This document shows, one piece after another, positions 50,082 through 59,567 of a stretch of 64,000 bases of DNA. The notes under the pieces are model-generated. The model worked only from the letters and a program-made list of their open reading frames with translations. It was not told where the DNA came from and did not search any database. This stretch comes from Candidatus Latescibacterota bacterium. GTDB lineage: Bacteria > Latescibacterota > UBA2968 > GCA-2709665. The stretch spans positions 4,864,001 through 4,928,000 of the forward strand of contig OZ242358.1 of NCBI GenBank assembly GCA_965208835.1, in the 5' to 3' direction. A program made the translations under genes and the position numbers. Every line of letters begins with the position of its first letter. The stretch's first letter is position 1.

Positions 50082-50909
50082 TCAACGCTTCAGGGCCACG
50101 CCGACGAAGAACGTATTGCCGGCGGTGGTATTGCATCCGGACGCGATGTGGATCAGATCCATACTCAGCTCCACGCTCGAGTTCAGCTTGTAGATGATTC
50201 CCGGGGAGATCTTCAGGATGTTCTGGTCCCCGATGAGACCCACTGCATCCCCCGGATCGCAGTTTCCGAACGTCCGGATCCCGGAAACAAAGCCCTTGAT
50301 CAGAATCCGGTCGTAGGTTACGCCGGCCTCCAGCGTGTAGAACCACTCGTTGCTGAACGTCCCCCCGCGCACCCGATAGCCCACTTCACCCGTGAAATAC
50401 CCCGGGAGCGGGTACAGGGATTTTCCGATCAGGAGGCGCGCGTCTCCGTCGATCTTCTTTGTGCTCAACGGCACCCGCGTGCTCTCATCGTCTTCGTACC
50501 AGGTCGGGATCTTTCCGCCCGCGGCAACGGACGCAACGAAGTCCCTGTTCCACAGCAGGCGGCGCATCCGGAACTCCACGTCGCCGAATCCCCACCGCCT
50601 CTCGAGCGCGGTTCCCGTCTGGAACGTGCGGGTATCCTTCATATTCTTGTACGGTGCCGTGGCCACGAGCGTCAATTCGTCCGAAATCCCGTACTCGATA
50701 TACGCCGTGCAGTTTACGTCCCGCAATCTGCCCTCTCCGTCCTTATCGACCTTATCCCCCGCGGCGTTTATATCCTGCGTGGTATTCAGGTATCCGCCCG
50801 ACAGCTTGAGATAATAGCCACCCTTCTTCTGGGTCCAGGCGCCCGCGAACGCGAGGGACGCAAACAGCAACGGCAGAATTGCGGCAAGAAATGTGATCCT
50901 CTTTCTCAT
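50082..50909 (-). CDS. Exported/outer-membrane hypothetical protein
   Basis: Signal peptide AFA|GAWTQKKG, YIEYG, GFGD, amphipathic strands. Confidence 0.7.
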   Translation of the reverse strand: MRKRITFLAAILPLLFASLAFAGAWTQKKGGYYLKLSGGYLNTTQDINAAGDKVDKDGEGRLRDVNCTAYIEYGISDELTLVATAPYKNMKDTRTFQTGTALERRWGFGDVEFRMRRLLWNRDFVASVAAGGKIPTWYEDDESTRVPLSTKKIDGDARLLIGKSLYPLPGYFTGEVGYRVRGGTFSNEWFYTLEAGVTYDRILIKGFVSGIRTFGNCDPGDAVGLIGDQNILKISPGIIYKLNSSVELSMDLIHIASGCNTTAGNTFFVGVALKR

Positions 50910-51005
50910 GCGGTTCTCCTGTTTACGCCTTATCCGCTTGTTGTTGTGAAAACCGAATCCGGCCAATCTCTTTAACGAATATGGCGGACTTCCGTTCCGT
51001 AGAAA

Positions 51006-51188
51006 CGGTGAGAGGGGAGACGGAAGACGGGAGAAGAAATCCTCGCCCGGTATGTTTTTCCTCCTTGCCTTCGGCACGAAATGTATCCTCTCAAGGCAGG
51101 ACATCTCTAACCTCTCCCGGCTTACGTCTCACCAGGTGGTGGGCTGTGGTGTGGTCGTCTACCCTCTCCCGTCTTGCGTCTACCCGCC
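51006..51188 (+). repeat. Family A element copy 9
   Basis: Core TTGCCTTCGGCACGAAATGTATCCTCTCAAGGCAGG; 51094-51151 identical to the reverse complement of 59152-59209. Confidence 0.85.
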
Positions 51189-51241
51189 TCTGTTGTTGGC
51201 TGACGGCTGATAGCTGACAGGCGCCTTTGAGAGATCCCAAT

Positions 51242-51273
51242 AAAAAACCGCCGAACGGAAGGTTCGGCGGTTT
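51242..51273 (-). terminator. Intrinsic terminator
   Basis: Minus strand AAACCGCCGAAC-CTTCC-GTTCGGCGGTTTTTT. Confidence 0.85.
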
Positions 51274-51302
51274 CTTCGATTCTCCATCTGCACGTCTGCG
51301 AC

Positions 51303-52769
51303 TTACTTGAGCAGCAGCATCTTCTGGGACAGCGTGGAGGTCCCTGCTTCCACCCTGGCAATATAGACGCCACTTGCAACGCCACGTCCCTGGTTATCCC
51401 TGGCGTCCCACTGGACCGAGTAGCGGCCGGCCGAGTTGAACTGAGAGATGAGCTGGCGCACCTGCTGGCCCAGCACGTCGTAAATCACGACCGAAACCGG
51501 AGCGGACTCGGGCAGTTCGTAGGAAATCGTGGTGCTCGGGTTGAACGGATTCGGATAGACGTTAACCGCGAACTCAGTGGGCAACGGCATCCGGGCGCCC
51601 AGAAGCACCTCGATCACGTTCGACTGCGAGACCGAGCCGTCCAGGTCCACCTGCTCGAGCCTGTAATAAACCTTGTCCACGCCAGGCAGGTTCTGGTCTT
51701 CAAAGCTGTAATTCATCAGGGCATCCGACGTTCCGGCGCCCTGAACGAAATTGCCGACCGACTCAAAGGTCTCACCGTCGACACTGCGCATGACCCGCCA
51801 GCCCGCGTTGTTCGTCTGCGAGACCGTGGACCAATTCAGCACCACACGGTCGGTCTGCATCGCGCCGTCGAAGGAGGCGAGTTCGGCCGGGTTCAACTGC
51901 GTGAACGTAAACTTCACGGCTTCCACCTCGTGTCCGTCAACCACGGCCTTCACCGTCACCACGAGGGATCCGCCGGTTACCTTCAGTACGATTTTGGTTG
52001 GCGCGTCCATCAACATCATCATATCGTCGAGCTCGAGCATCATGTCTTCTTCATCAAAGATGCTCAGCGTGCCTTCGCCTTCGTCTCGAATGTCCCAGGT
52101 TACGCTCGGCGTATCGGACATGACGTTCTCTAAGGCTACGGTCACTCGGACGCTTCCGCCTTCCTCGCCGGGAATCTGAAGCATATTCCCTGCCATCAAA
52201 TCGTCGCCCATGCCCATTATGCTGGGACCCGACGGCGCTGCGACGGTCACGACAGCGGCGGACACGTCCAGGGAATCTGCCGCCGCGCCCGCAAGTGCTA
52301 TAACGGCAGATTTCACATAGAAAGAAGCGCCCTCCGGGGCATCCGCGGCCCCAACGATCTTCACGGTGCCAAGATATCCGTTGGCGGGTATATCAGCCGA
52401 CGGCAACGCCGCCACCTGGACTCCGTGAGGCCCAACCTTCAATTCCAGAGGGAAAATGGTAGACGCGCCGACAATCCCCCAGGCTGCGTCGGGAATCATC
52501 ATTTCTCCAAGCGCCGCGCCAAATTCGGCGGAGAAACCCACCGCTTTCTTGCCGCCGCCGCCTTTCACAAACAATTCAACCTTCACCGTGTCACCGGCCA
52601 TGGCCATCGAAGGCGCCACGGTATTCTCACCTTCGTCATACTCCATATTGACCACGGTATCCACAACCAGCATCGAGTCCGTGAGGCTTGCTTCGACGCC
52701 TCCGGCCCCAACCGCAACGAGAAACGCCACGGCGACCGTAACGAAGCTAATCGGCTTAACTCTATGCAT
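51303..52769 (-). CDS. Secreted protein with C-terminal FlgD-Ig/T9SS-type-A-like sorting domain
   Basis: Signal peptide; PAELASF..WST..Q.NN.GW...YYRLEQVDLDG module; YPNPFNPSTTISY...ASGVY...KMLLLK. Confidence 0.85.
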   Translation of the reverse strand: MHRVKPISFVTVAVAFLVAVGAGGVEASLTDSMLVVDTVVNMEYDEGENTVAPSMAMAGDTVKVELFVKGGGGKKAVGFSAEFGAALGEMMIPDAAWGIVGASTIFPLELKVGPHGVQVAALPSADIPANGYLGTVKIVGAADAPEGASFYVKSAVIALAGAAADSLDVSAAVVTVAAPSGPSIMGMGDDLMAGNMLQIPGEEGGSVRVTVALENVMSDTPSVTWDIRDEGEGTLSIFDEEDMMLELDDMMMLMDAPTKIVLKVTGGSLVVTVKAVVDGHEVEAVKFTFTQLNPAELASFDGAMQTDRVVLNWSTVSQTNNAGWRVMRSVDGETFESVGNFVQGAGTSDALMNYSFEDQNLPGVDKVYYRLEQVDLDGSVSQSNVIEVLLGARMPLPTEFAVNVYPNPFNPSTTISYELPESAPVSVVIYDVLGQQVRQLISQFNSAGRYSVQWDARDNQGRGVASGVYIARVEAGTSTLSQKMLLLK

Positions 52770-52838
52770 CTCACTTCTCCTTCCCGGTGTGTGTGTTTCG
52801 GCTCCAGAATACATGCTCGCTCCAGAAGAAAAACCAAA

Positions 52839-52878
52839 GTATGGGAGGCCCCGTCAAGGAACCTCCCATACCCTTTTT
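52839..52878. terminator. Intrinsic terminator hairpin
   Basis: GTATGGGAGG...CCTCCCATAC with T/A runs on both sides, just after the large gene. Confidence 0.75.
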
Positions 52879-52883
52879 TCTGA

Positions 52884-55800
52884 CTACTTGAGCAACATCA
52901 ACCGCTTGGCATCCTGGAACTTACCGGCAACCGAGACCTGATAGAAGTAAATTCCACTCGAAACCGATACTCCGCGGTCATCCATTCCGCTCCACTGCAC
53001 CGTGTAGCGGCCGGGCGCCTGGCGCTCACGCACCAGCGTGCGCACTTCCTGACCCAGCAGGTTGTAGATCCGAAGGACCACGTCCCCGCCTTCAGCCAGG
53101 TCGTACGGAATGTTGGTTTGCGGGTTGAACGGGTTCGGGAAGTTCTGATGCAGCGCGAATTCCGTCGGCGTGCTCTGCACTTCCAGCGCACCAAGCGTCA
53201 CCACCGGGTTCGACAGCCGCTCGGGATCGAACACCACGCCCTGAGCAATCTCGAACCGGGCGCTGTCCTCGAACTCCCTCAGAACCTTGAACGTGAACGT
53301 CACCAGCGCGCCTTCGCCGCCCACCGAGCCCGAACCGGTGATGGCGTTGACCACCGTCACCCGGCCTTCGTCAGCCCAGTTCTTGAACAGGGGCGTCTCG
53401 CCGCCTTCGGACTTCAGCAGGTCCTTCTCGGCAGCAACCGCGCTGACGAACTCGAACTTGTCAGCGTCATACATCAACTCCAGGCCGTAGCCGTTCAACG
53501 CTCTGGCGTTGGCCATCGATACCGTCACCGAGATCGTCTCGCCCACCAGCACCTTCTCGCTGGCCAGCTCGAGCGTCATCTCCGTATCGGCATTCACGCC
53601 GGGACGCTGCGGAACCACCGCCAGCTTCGACGCCGGCGCCGCTGCCGTCCGACCAAACGATGCTGACGCCTGGACGAAGTCCGTGAAGTCGACCGTTCCG
53701 TCGTCGTTCACGTCAGCCTGCACGTTGTAGTTATCATCGCCCTTCTGGCTGCCGAAGGCGGCCGCGAAAGCGATAATGTCTTCAAAGTTGACCTCAAGGT
53801 CGCCGACAGGCGGAAGCACCATCAGATAAACCGCCTCGCCTTCGGCGTCCACGAACTTCGCACGGTTCGCGATGTTATACACCGTGATCGCCTCACCCGC
53901 CGCGTCGTTGTTGTCGTCGAACGCGTCGATACGGTAGGTAAGTGTGAAGGCGCCGTCCGGAAGGTTCGCGTCAACGAACTCCGTTGAACCCACGTCAACC
54001 GTGCCGATAGTCTCAAGGGCTTCATCTCCCAACGTGCCTCGCAGCACCTTGTAGCCCTTCACGCCGTAGATCGGCACGCTATGCCCGCGGTACGGAATCG
54101 CGTCGACAATTCTTCCGTCATCGGCCGAAACCGTCCAGGACAACGTCACCTGCGCACCATCGGCGCCGCTGCCCAGCGCACCGCCAGCGTCCGTTGCGGC
54201 GGCGGGAGCGATGTCGTCGATCGCGGCGACAGGCTTCTCCGTGGCCGTACGCTCGGACGCCATCTTCGGGTGCCCGCTCGTACGGATGTTCGACGGAACC
54301 GAACCGTTGCCCAGCAGTACGCTCACGTCCGGATTCACCGGCGCGAAGACCAGGTTCTTCTGATCACCGAGGATCGATGCCACGTAATCCTCAGGCGCGT
54401 TGAACTGGTTCACCAACTCGTCGTCCGTCAGAAGGTCGGCCTCAGGCATACCCAGCAACTCGAGGGTCTGCTGCACGCTCTCCTTCGTGAACACACGCTT
54501 CCCGGTAGCAGGCGTCTGGTCCGAAGAACCTCCGACGCCAATCGCCGCCACCGCCCAGTTGGTGGGCTCGTTGTCCAGCGCAGGGATCACCGCGCGCTGG
54601 ATGTCCGCATTCGGATCCTCAGACGTCAGTTTCGCCCACGGCACCCACGCCATCATGGCCTCGTCCAGCTCGACCAGGTTGCCGAGAGAATCAGGACCTG
54701 TGGTTACCGACATCTCCCTGAAGATCTGATAATTGTCCACCGTGGCGTGATCGGCCGAGTTCGGGAAGCTAACCATCACCATCCCGCCCTGGTCGCCATC
54801 ACCACTGGGACCCTTGTAATCCTGCACGATCAACGACGCAGGCGCACCAGGCGCGCCAGGCGCCGGCGGCGGAGGCTCGGTACCGAAGCTCAACGTATCC
54901 GTTCCTGCACCAGCCGGATCGCTACTGAATACCCGGATCACGACGTCACCCGATGCGTCCGCTGCGACACCCTGGAAGGTGTTCGCGCCTTCAACGATCT
55001 CCTGCCTTCCGGGAGGCACCGAAACCTGCGGGTTACTGGACGAAATCTCGATTGCGATGGTCTGATGTTTGTCGTCCTCGTCGTCCGTATCCTCGTCGAG
55101 CGTGGCGCCGATCTTCATGCTCGGGTTGCCGAACTCGTCTGTCGCTGTCACCGAGATCTGGAACTCGCCGATGACATTGTCAGTCGCCTCGCCGTCCTCC
55201 ATCGCCTGGACGGTGAACTGCGAGAACGCCCCGGAGTCGAAAGTGAACGGTCCCAGAGTCGTACTGAAACTGACGTTGCCCTGGTCGTCCAGGCCTTCCA
55301 CAACGACCATCACACCGGTCAGCGTCAACTCTGACGAGATGCTCACGCTACGCCCACCCGCTTCCCAGTTATCGGGGTTAAGCGTGGCGATACCCATCCC
55401 GGTATCTGCGGGGGCGATCTCAACGCCGTCTCCGGAGAACGAAACGCTCTCCAGCCGGTCAGCCTGGTCTTCCGGGACTTCAACGCGCACACGCGACTTC
55501 TCGTCACCCTGTCCATACGTGACTCCAGCGACGTCGGCGCCCTCCGCGGCGGTCATCGCCGAATCGAGCGCAGTCAGAGCCAATACCAGGTCCGCGCCGG
55601 TAATCACCGATTCGACGTCATCCGCATCCACCATAAACGAGTCGGCAGTCGGGTTGTCGAAATCCTCGTCGAACCTCAACTCTGTGGTGACTGTAGCGCT
55701 GCCGTTACCCGCCATGTCGAACGCAATGAGCTGCAGGTAATAATCACGGCCGTCATCGAGCTCATCGTTATCTTCGCTCGCAAAGTCGATGGCTACTTTG

Positions 55801-57587
55801 ACACGTCCCGCATTGAGCTCATCTTTCGCGCCCCCGAAACTGGCGTGGGCTTGTTCCACGGGTACCGCGTCCTTTTTAATGTACTGCACGAACAACGAGT
55901 CCAGATCCTCGCTGTTGGTGAATATTACCGGCGAATCCGTGGCCGGCGTTATCGTCGCGGGGTTACCCGGCGCGGTGTCCTCCGACGGGAACAGATTCGT
56001 GATCGCCGGCGCGGTGTTGTCGTAGGTGATACCCGCATTCTCAACGTCCGCACTGTTCCCTACGACGTCCCAGGCCGTCACGACCAGCTTTCCGGAGCCG
56101 GCGTCATCGCCGTCTTCGTCCTTCCAGTCGGGCAATTCCAATTGGAACTCGTCCGTAACGTCATCCGGAAGGTCGCTGGCGGAAAACGTCTCTGAGAAAT
56201 CATCGCCGTGCGAGACCTTGATCGAGTCAACAGCCTCGCTGATTTCCAACGTCAACGGCCTTAACAGACTCGATTTATTATTCGGACCCCGCGTCCCGTC
56301 GCTGTCGGAATAATAAGTCAGAGACTGTGCTGTTTTAGCCGACACATACGTGGAATCCGTCGCACCCGACTTTGGATACGCCACCGTGACCTCCGGCAGC
56401 GTCGTGTCGATCTGGAACAGGTTTACGTACGTCGGATCCTGGTTAGCCGTGTCGTCGTCATTATCAACAGCAGTGGTAGCGTCGTCATCGTCATCGTCAA
56501 ATGCGGGACCATGAGGACCGGCATGACCCGACGAAGCGGCGTCATTAGCGGCCGCACCGCCCAGGTTGCCCGCTTCGTCCTCCAGGAACGCGAAGGCCCT
56601 CACCCGCTGCCCGTCGCCGAAGTCATCCCCTGAGGTATCGAGCGTCTTTCGGAGAGGCTGCTTGGCGTGAAGATCGGTAAAATCGACGACCGCGAGCGCC
56701 GAATCTATCAGTCCCGCCGTGGCGCCCGTCACCAGAACCGGCAACACGGGATCGCCGAGCAAAAATGTCTCCTTCACAAAAATGACCGTAGCCTTGGCGG
56801 CGCCAGACTCGATCACCTGGCCCTGGTCGAGGTTGAGACTGACAATGACCTCCTGATCCTTCTTTATCTCCGTGAGGTCGTCGGTTAACGTGAGACCAGT
56901 ACCGTCGATATCCGTAGCCGTACCGGTACTTACCACGGCGCCGTTGATCCTGTCTCCTTCGCCGTCTTCCAGAATAAACATGTTGTTGCCGAACGCAGTG
57001 CCATGTACCGGACGCTTGTTGTCGTACCCAAACGTCTTCCCGTCACCAACCACGGTTGTGGGAAAACCGGTGGCGCCGGGGAGGATCTGTTCGTCTTCGG
57101 TCAGGTTGGATATCGTCCCTGCCGCGGTTCCGCCTCCAACTACTTCGACCTCGACGAACAAACCGTTTCTCTGAAGCTCGGTGCCGTCGGCATTAACAGC
57201 GAAGTAAAATCTGACTATGGTGGCGCCGTTATCGCCCTCGTCAAGTTCGACGGTACTGCCATCGGTACGGTCTTCGTCCTGGGTGGTCAGTGCAGTATTG
57301 GACAAAGATAAAGCAGTTGCACCATCCGCCAATACATCATCAGCTGCCTCACCGTCATCGTCACCGTCCGGCGCCTTAATTGTAACAGTAAGTGCGGTAG
57401 CAGAACTAACGGTGTGCACCGCGACAACTACCGTATCGCCAATTGCGGACCAGGCACCGTCGGCCGGTCTCTCAATGCGGACCCAGGTGCCCCGGGCATC
57501 GGAAACGTCCGCTGCCGATGAAACGCCGGCAAGGGCAAAAATGAACAGAAACGCAAACCCGCAACTCAACAGCCGTTTTGCCTGCAT
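52884..57587 (-). CDS. Large acidic secreted surface protein (1567 aa): Ig-like regions, EF-hand/dockerin-like motif, cohesin-like domain, FlgD-Ig/T9SS-like C-terminal domain
   Basis: SD AGGGAGG + signal peptide; ADVNDDGTVDFTDF; GETISVTV...YDADKFEFV...G.G.LVTFTFKV; NFPNPFNP...SSGIYFY...KRLMLLK. Confidence 0.85.
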   Translation of the reverse strand: MQAKRLLSCGFAFLFIFALAGVSSAADVSDARGTWVRIERPADGAWSAIGDTVVVAVHTVSSATALTVTIKAPDGDDDGEAADDVLADGATALSLSNTALTTQDEDRTDGSTVELDEGDNGATIVRFYFAVNADGTELQRNGLFVEVEVVGGGTAAGTISNLTEDEQILPGATGFPTTVVGDGKTFGYDNKRPVHGTAFGNNMFILEDGEGDRINGAVVSTGTATDIDGTGLTLTDDLTEIKKDQEVIVSLNLDQGQVIESGAAKATVIFVKETFLLGDPVLPVLVTGATAGLIDSALAVVDFTDLHAKQPLRKTLDTSGDDFGDGQRVRAFAFLEDEAGNLGGAAANDAASSGHAGPHGPAFDDDDDDATTAVDNDDDTANQDPTYVNLFQIDTTLPEVTVAYPKSGATDSTYVSAKTAQSLTYYSDSDGTRGPNNKSSLLRPLTLEISEAVDSIKVSHGDDFSETFSASDLPDDVTDEFQLELPDWKDEDGDDAGSGKLVVTAWDVVGNSADVENAGITYDNTAPAITNLFPSEDTAPGNPATITPATDSPVIFTNSEDLDSLFVQYIKKDAVPVEQAHASFGGAKDELNAGRVKVAIDFASEDNDELDDGRDYYLQLIAFDMAGNGSATVTTELRFDEDFDNPTADSFMVDADDVESVITGADLVLALTALDSAMTAAEGADVAGVTYGQGDEKSRVRVEVPEDQADRLESVSFSGDGVEIAPADTGMGIATLNPDNWEAGGRSVSISSELTLTGVMVVVEGLDDQGNVSFSTTLGPFTFDSGAFSQFTVQAMEDGEATDNVIGEFQISVTATDEFGNPSMKIGATLDEDTDDEDDKHQTIAIEISSSNPQVSVPPGRQEIVEGANTFQGVAADASGDVVIRVFSSDPAGAGTDTLSFGTEPPPPAPGAPGAPASLIVQDYKGPSGDGDQGGMVMVSFPNSADHATVDNYQIFREMSVTTGPDSLGNLVELDEAMMAWVPWAKLTSEDPNADIQRAVIPALDNEPTNWAVAAIGVGGSSDQTPATGKRVFTKESVQQTLELLGMPEADLLTDDELVNQFNAPEDYVASILGDQKNLVFAPVNPDVSVLLGNGSVPSNIRTSGHPKMASERTATEKPVAAIDDIAPAAATDAGGALGSGADGAQVTLSWTVSADDGRIVDAIPYRGHSVPIYGVKGYKVLRGTLGDEALETIGTVDVGSTEFVDANLPDGAFTLTYRIDAFDDNNDAAGEAITVYNIANRAKFVDAEGEAVYLMVLPPVGDLEVNFEDIIAFAAAFGSQKGDDNYNVQADVNDDGTVDFTDFVQASASFGRTAAAPASKLAVVPQRPGVNADTEMTLELASEKVLVGETISVTVSMANARALNGYGLELMYDADKFEFVSAVAAEKDLLKSEGGETPLFKNWADEGRVTVVNAITGSGSVGGEGALVTFTFKVLREFEDSARFEIAQGVVFDPERLSNPVVTLGALEVQSTPTEFALHQNFPNPFNPQTNIPYDLAEGGDVVLRIYNLLGQEVRTLVRERQAPGRYTVQWSGMDDRGVSVSSGIYFYQVSVAGKFQDAKRLMLLK

Positions 57588-57969
57588 CTCAACCTCCCTG
57601 AAAAAAAGACCACTGGGAAACTTCCTCACAACCTCTACTCCTTTTGAATCTTCCGAATCTTGCTTCAACCGTCCGGAATGGCGGTTATCCATTGAATCCT
57701 GATGCGCAGCGGCGATAGGGCGCCTCCCTTCTCTTGATGCTGCGATACCTGCCTTGAAACGTTAGGGTGAATGGTGATTGTGGGTGTACTGATGAGCGAC
57801 AACTGATTAACATCGCATTTTCGTGTGCACCTCCTTGTTTATATATACAAAAGCGAAAACGCGACCAACTTTCGCCACATCTGAACACCACAACGTTGGC
57901 GCAATATTCCGCATATCTTCAGTCATTCCGGGCAAATTCGTCCACCTATGTGTAGCGAAAAGCAACCTA

Positions 57970-57998
57970 ATTATACGCAAGGCAAAAACGGCTGTCAA
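57970..57998 (-). promoter_or_regulatory. Perfect consensus sigma70 promoter with upstream A-tract
   Basis: TTGACA-GCCGTTTTTGCCTTGCG (17 bp)-TATAAT; A-rich segment immediately upstream. Confidence 0.85.
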
Positions 57999-58136
57999 GT
58001 ATTTTTTTGTGATTATTTGTCCGCCGGGAGCAAAAACGCCGAAGCACCGTAAAACACTGTAAATAAAACCTCAAACGCACCCCCATGCAAGCACAATATG
58101 CAGGGGTCTGTTTATTGCATACCCCAATACGCTGTT

Positions 58137-58694
58137 TTAACGCATCTGATGCTCGAGGCGCTGGATTTCGTCGCGCAGGCTGGCTGCCTCTTCATACTGT
58201 TCGCGGGCCACGGCTTCCCGAAGTTCCGCCCTGAGGGCCGTCAAACGGTCTGAAATTCCGCCCTCTACCCCTTCGACCTCAATATCTATGGACGAACTGA
58301 TGGGCATCCCGGCCTCCTGGATGACCCGGTCTTCCACGAAAACCGGGGCGCCGGTGCGGAGGGCCAGGGCGAGCGCGTCGCTGGGCCGGGAGTCCACGCC
58401 GATGGTTTTACCGTCGGCATCCAGGCTGACCTCGGCGAAGAAGACGTCTTCCTTCAGCGCGTTGATGAGCACCCGCGTGACTTTGACGTCCATCTCGTTC
58501 AATATGGACCGAAGCAGCTCGCAGGTGGGCGGACGGGGCGGTTCTTCGTCGTAAAGCGCCATATGGATGGCCGTTGCTTCGAAACTGCCGATGGTGATGG
58601 GGAGGAAAATCCGCTGCTCCATGTCCTTCAGCCAGACAAGCGGACGGTTGGTGTTGGGTTCCACCGCCACGCCGACCACGTTCATTTCGACCAT
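58137..58694 (-). CDS. Bifunctional nuclease (DUF151/BFN) with C-terminal UVR domain
   Basis: LPITIGSFEA.AI, PRPPT, DSRPSDALALALR, AVAREQYEEAASLRDEI. Confidence 0.9.
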   Translation of the reverse strand: MVEMNVVGVAVEPNTNRPLVWLKDMEQRIFLPITIGSFEATAIHMALYDEEPPRPPTCELLRSILNEMDVKVTRVLINALKEDVFFAEVSLDADGKTIGVDSRPSDALALALRTGAPVFVEDRVIQEAGMPISSSIDIEVEGVEGGISDRLTALRAELREAVAREQYEEAASLRDEIQRLEHQMR

Positions 58695-58709
58695 TGGCAC
58701 CCTCAGAAG

Positions 58710-59040
58710 GAGCTATCAGCCGTCAGCTATCAGCTAAAGGCAAAAACGAAAGGCAAAAACCGAATCAGGTGACGTCAACGCCGTGACGTTGGCAACCGCG
58801 AAAGGCAAGGCCCTCATCCCGCGACGGAGCCGTCAGCTATCAGCTAAAGACGAAATGCAAAGTCAGGAGCAAGATCAAAGACAACTCAGACGAAGACCGC
58901 CTCACACAAAGACACAAAGGCACTAAGACACAAAGAAAAGCAGAACCTCTCAAAGGCAGCTATCAGCTAAAGGCAAAAACCGAATCAGGTGACGTCAACA
59001 CCTTGACGTTGGCGAACGCGAGCGGCAAGGACCTCACCCG
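58710..59040 (+). repeat. Family D composite repeat (GCTATCA/GCCGTCA 7-mers, duplicated CGAATCAGGTGACGTCAAC module, 4x 8-mer CACAAAGA at 58905-58936)
   Basis: Direct internal duplication; modules shared with 61960-62360. Confidence 0.8.
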
Positions 59041-59129
59041 GAAAGTGAGGGGGTGAAGGCAGCGATCGGTTTTTCGGAAAATGCACTTAAATATATGACG
59101 AAGTGCGGAGGAAAATCAAGGGAAAAAAA

Positions 59130-59298
59130 GCGGGGAGAGGGTAGAGTACCGCACCACAGCCCACCACCTGGTGAGACGTAAGCCGGGAGAGGTTAGAGAT
59201 GTCCTGCCTCGTGAGGATTCTTTTCGTGCCGAAGGCAAGAAGGAGTGACCTGCCGGGCAAGGGCTTCTTCTACCGTCTACCCTCTTCCCTCTCACCGC
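59130..59298 (-). repeat. Family A element copy 10
   Basis: Reverse core CCTCGTGAGGATTCTTTTCGTGCCGAAGGCAA with 7-mer arms. Confidence 0.85.
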
Positions 59299-59333
59299 CT
59301 TTATCCGACCTCTCTCCCCGGCCCCCCAAAAAA

Positions 59334-59516
59334 CGGGTAGACGTAAGCCGGGAGAGGGTAGAAAACCACACCCCGCCCCACCACCTGGTGAGACGCAAAA
59401 CGTGAGACGGGAGAGATTTCCAGCCCTGTAAGGATTCTTCTCGTGCCGGATGCAAGAAGGAAAAATAGGTGGGGCAAAGATATCTTCTACCGTCTACCCT
59501 CTTCCCTCTCACCGCC
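59334..59516 (-). repeat. Family A element copy 11 (tandem with copy 10)
   Basis: Near-identical reverse complement of copy 8; shares its right-hand tail with copy 10. Confidence 0.88.
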
Positions 59517-59523
59517 TTTATCC

Positions 59524-59567
59524 GACCTCTCTCCCCGGCCCTCTCTCCTGTGAGGAGAGGGGGTGGA
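59524..59567. repeat. Family C palindrome CTCTCCT-GTG-AGGAGAG
   Basis: CTCTCCTGTGAGGAGAGGGGGTGGA recurs within 62344-62388; related GACCTCTCCCC half-sites near 760, 24680 and 26600. Confidence 0.7.
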
